Assembly: GCA_051362555.1 (NCBI GenBank)
Contig: CM120646.1
Coordinates: 11,656,001-11,720,000, forward strand
Direction: 5' to 3'
Length of the DNA stretch: 64,000 nt
From: Lingula anatina
Lineage: Eukaryota > Animalia > Brachiopoda
How positions within the stretch are numbered: position 1 is the stretch's first letter; each line of letters begins with the position of its first letter. Both the position numbers and the translations under genes were made by a program. Under the pieces are notes generated by a model, which worked only from the letters and a program-made list of their open reading frames with translations, did no database searches and was not told the origin of the DNA. Shown in pieces: positions 63,801 to 64,000 of this stretch.

Positions 63801-64000
63801 CCAGGTGCCAGAGGCAAGGACGGAAAGGCTGGTCGTCCAGGTGCTACAGGTGCCCCAGGTGCCCCAGGTCCAAAGGGTGACGCCGGCTTCCCAGGTTTCC
63901 CAGGCAAGGACGGTCTCCCAGGTGCCCCAGGTAAGGATGGTCCAGCCGGACCAGCCGGTTTCCGCGGCCCAGCTGGTGCCCCAGGTAAAGATGGCTTCCC
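60811..64000 (+). CDS. Secreted collagen with N-terminal EGF-like domain, 5' portion
   Basis: Exons 60811-60850 (signal peptide [13 protein letters not shown]), 61202-61336 (EGF: [33 protein letters not shown]), 61738-61839 (CFTRAC then Gly-X-Y), 61997-62176 (Gly-X-Y), and 62320 to beyond 64000 (uninterrupted Gly-X-Y). All introns are phase 1. Confidence 0.93.

Noticed and set aside
62276-63907. 543-aa Pro/Gly-rich minus-strand ORF and other overlapping ORFs
   Set aside because: Antisense and off-frame shadows of the plus-strand collagen; GG-starting Gly codons read as Pro every third residue.

Overview
AT-rich, intron-rich animal genomic DNA, probably from a lophotrochozoan invertebrate (inferred from gene structure and transposon types). 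From left to right: (1) a glucose-6-phosphatase gene (G6PC-like, minus strand, 3' end runs off the window), head-to-head with (2) a complete 16-exon nucleolar GTPase NOG1/GTPBP4 gene (plus); (3) a 3.56 kb CACTA/EnSpm-like non-autonomous element; (4) a complete 17-exon leishmanolysin-like peptidase gene (LMLN/invadolysin, minus) with several splice junctions amplified into minisatellites; (5) a three-coding-exon gene, invisible in the ORF track, for a 90-aa secreted peptide with 10 mature-region cysteines (minus); (6) a ~4.3 kb-period tandem duplication carrying two intact copies and one fragment of an intronless ~344-aa gene I cannot assign; (7) the 5' part of an EGF-domain collagen with a >1.68 kb uninterrupted Gly-X-Y exon (plus, runs off the window). 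Introns and intergenic DNA hold many MITEs, a Helentron-like satellite carrier, and Tc1, Gypsy and LINE remnants. Exon boundaries were read by eye from GT/AG sites and checked for reading-frame consistency. No database searches were run.
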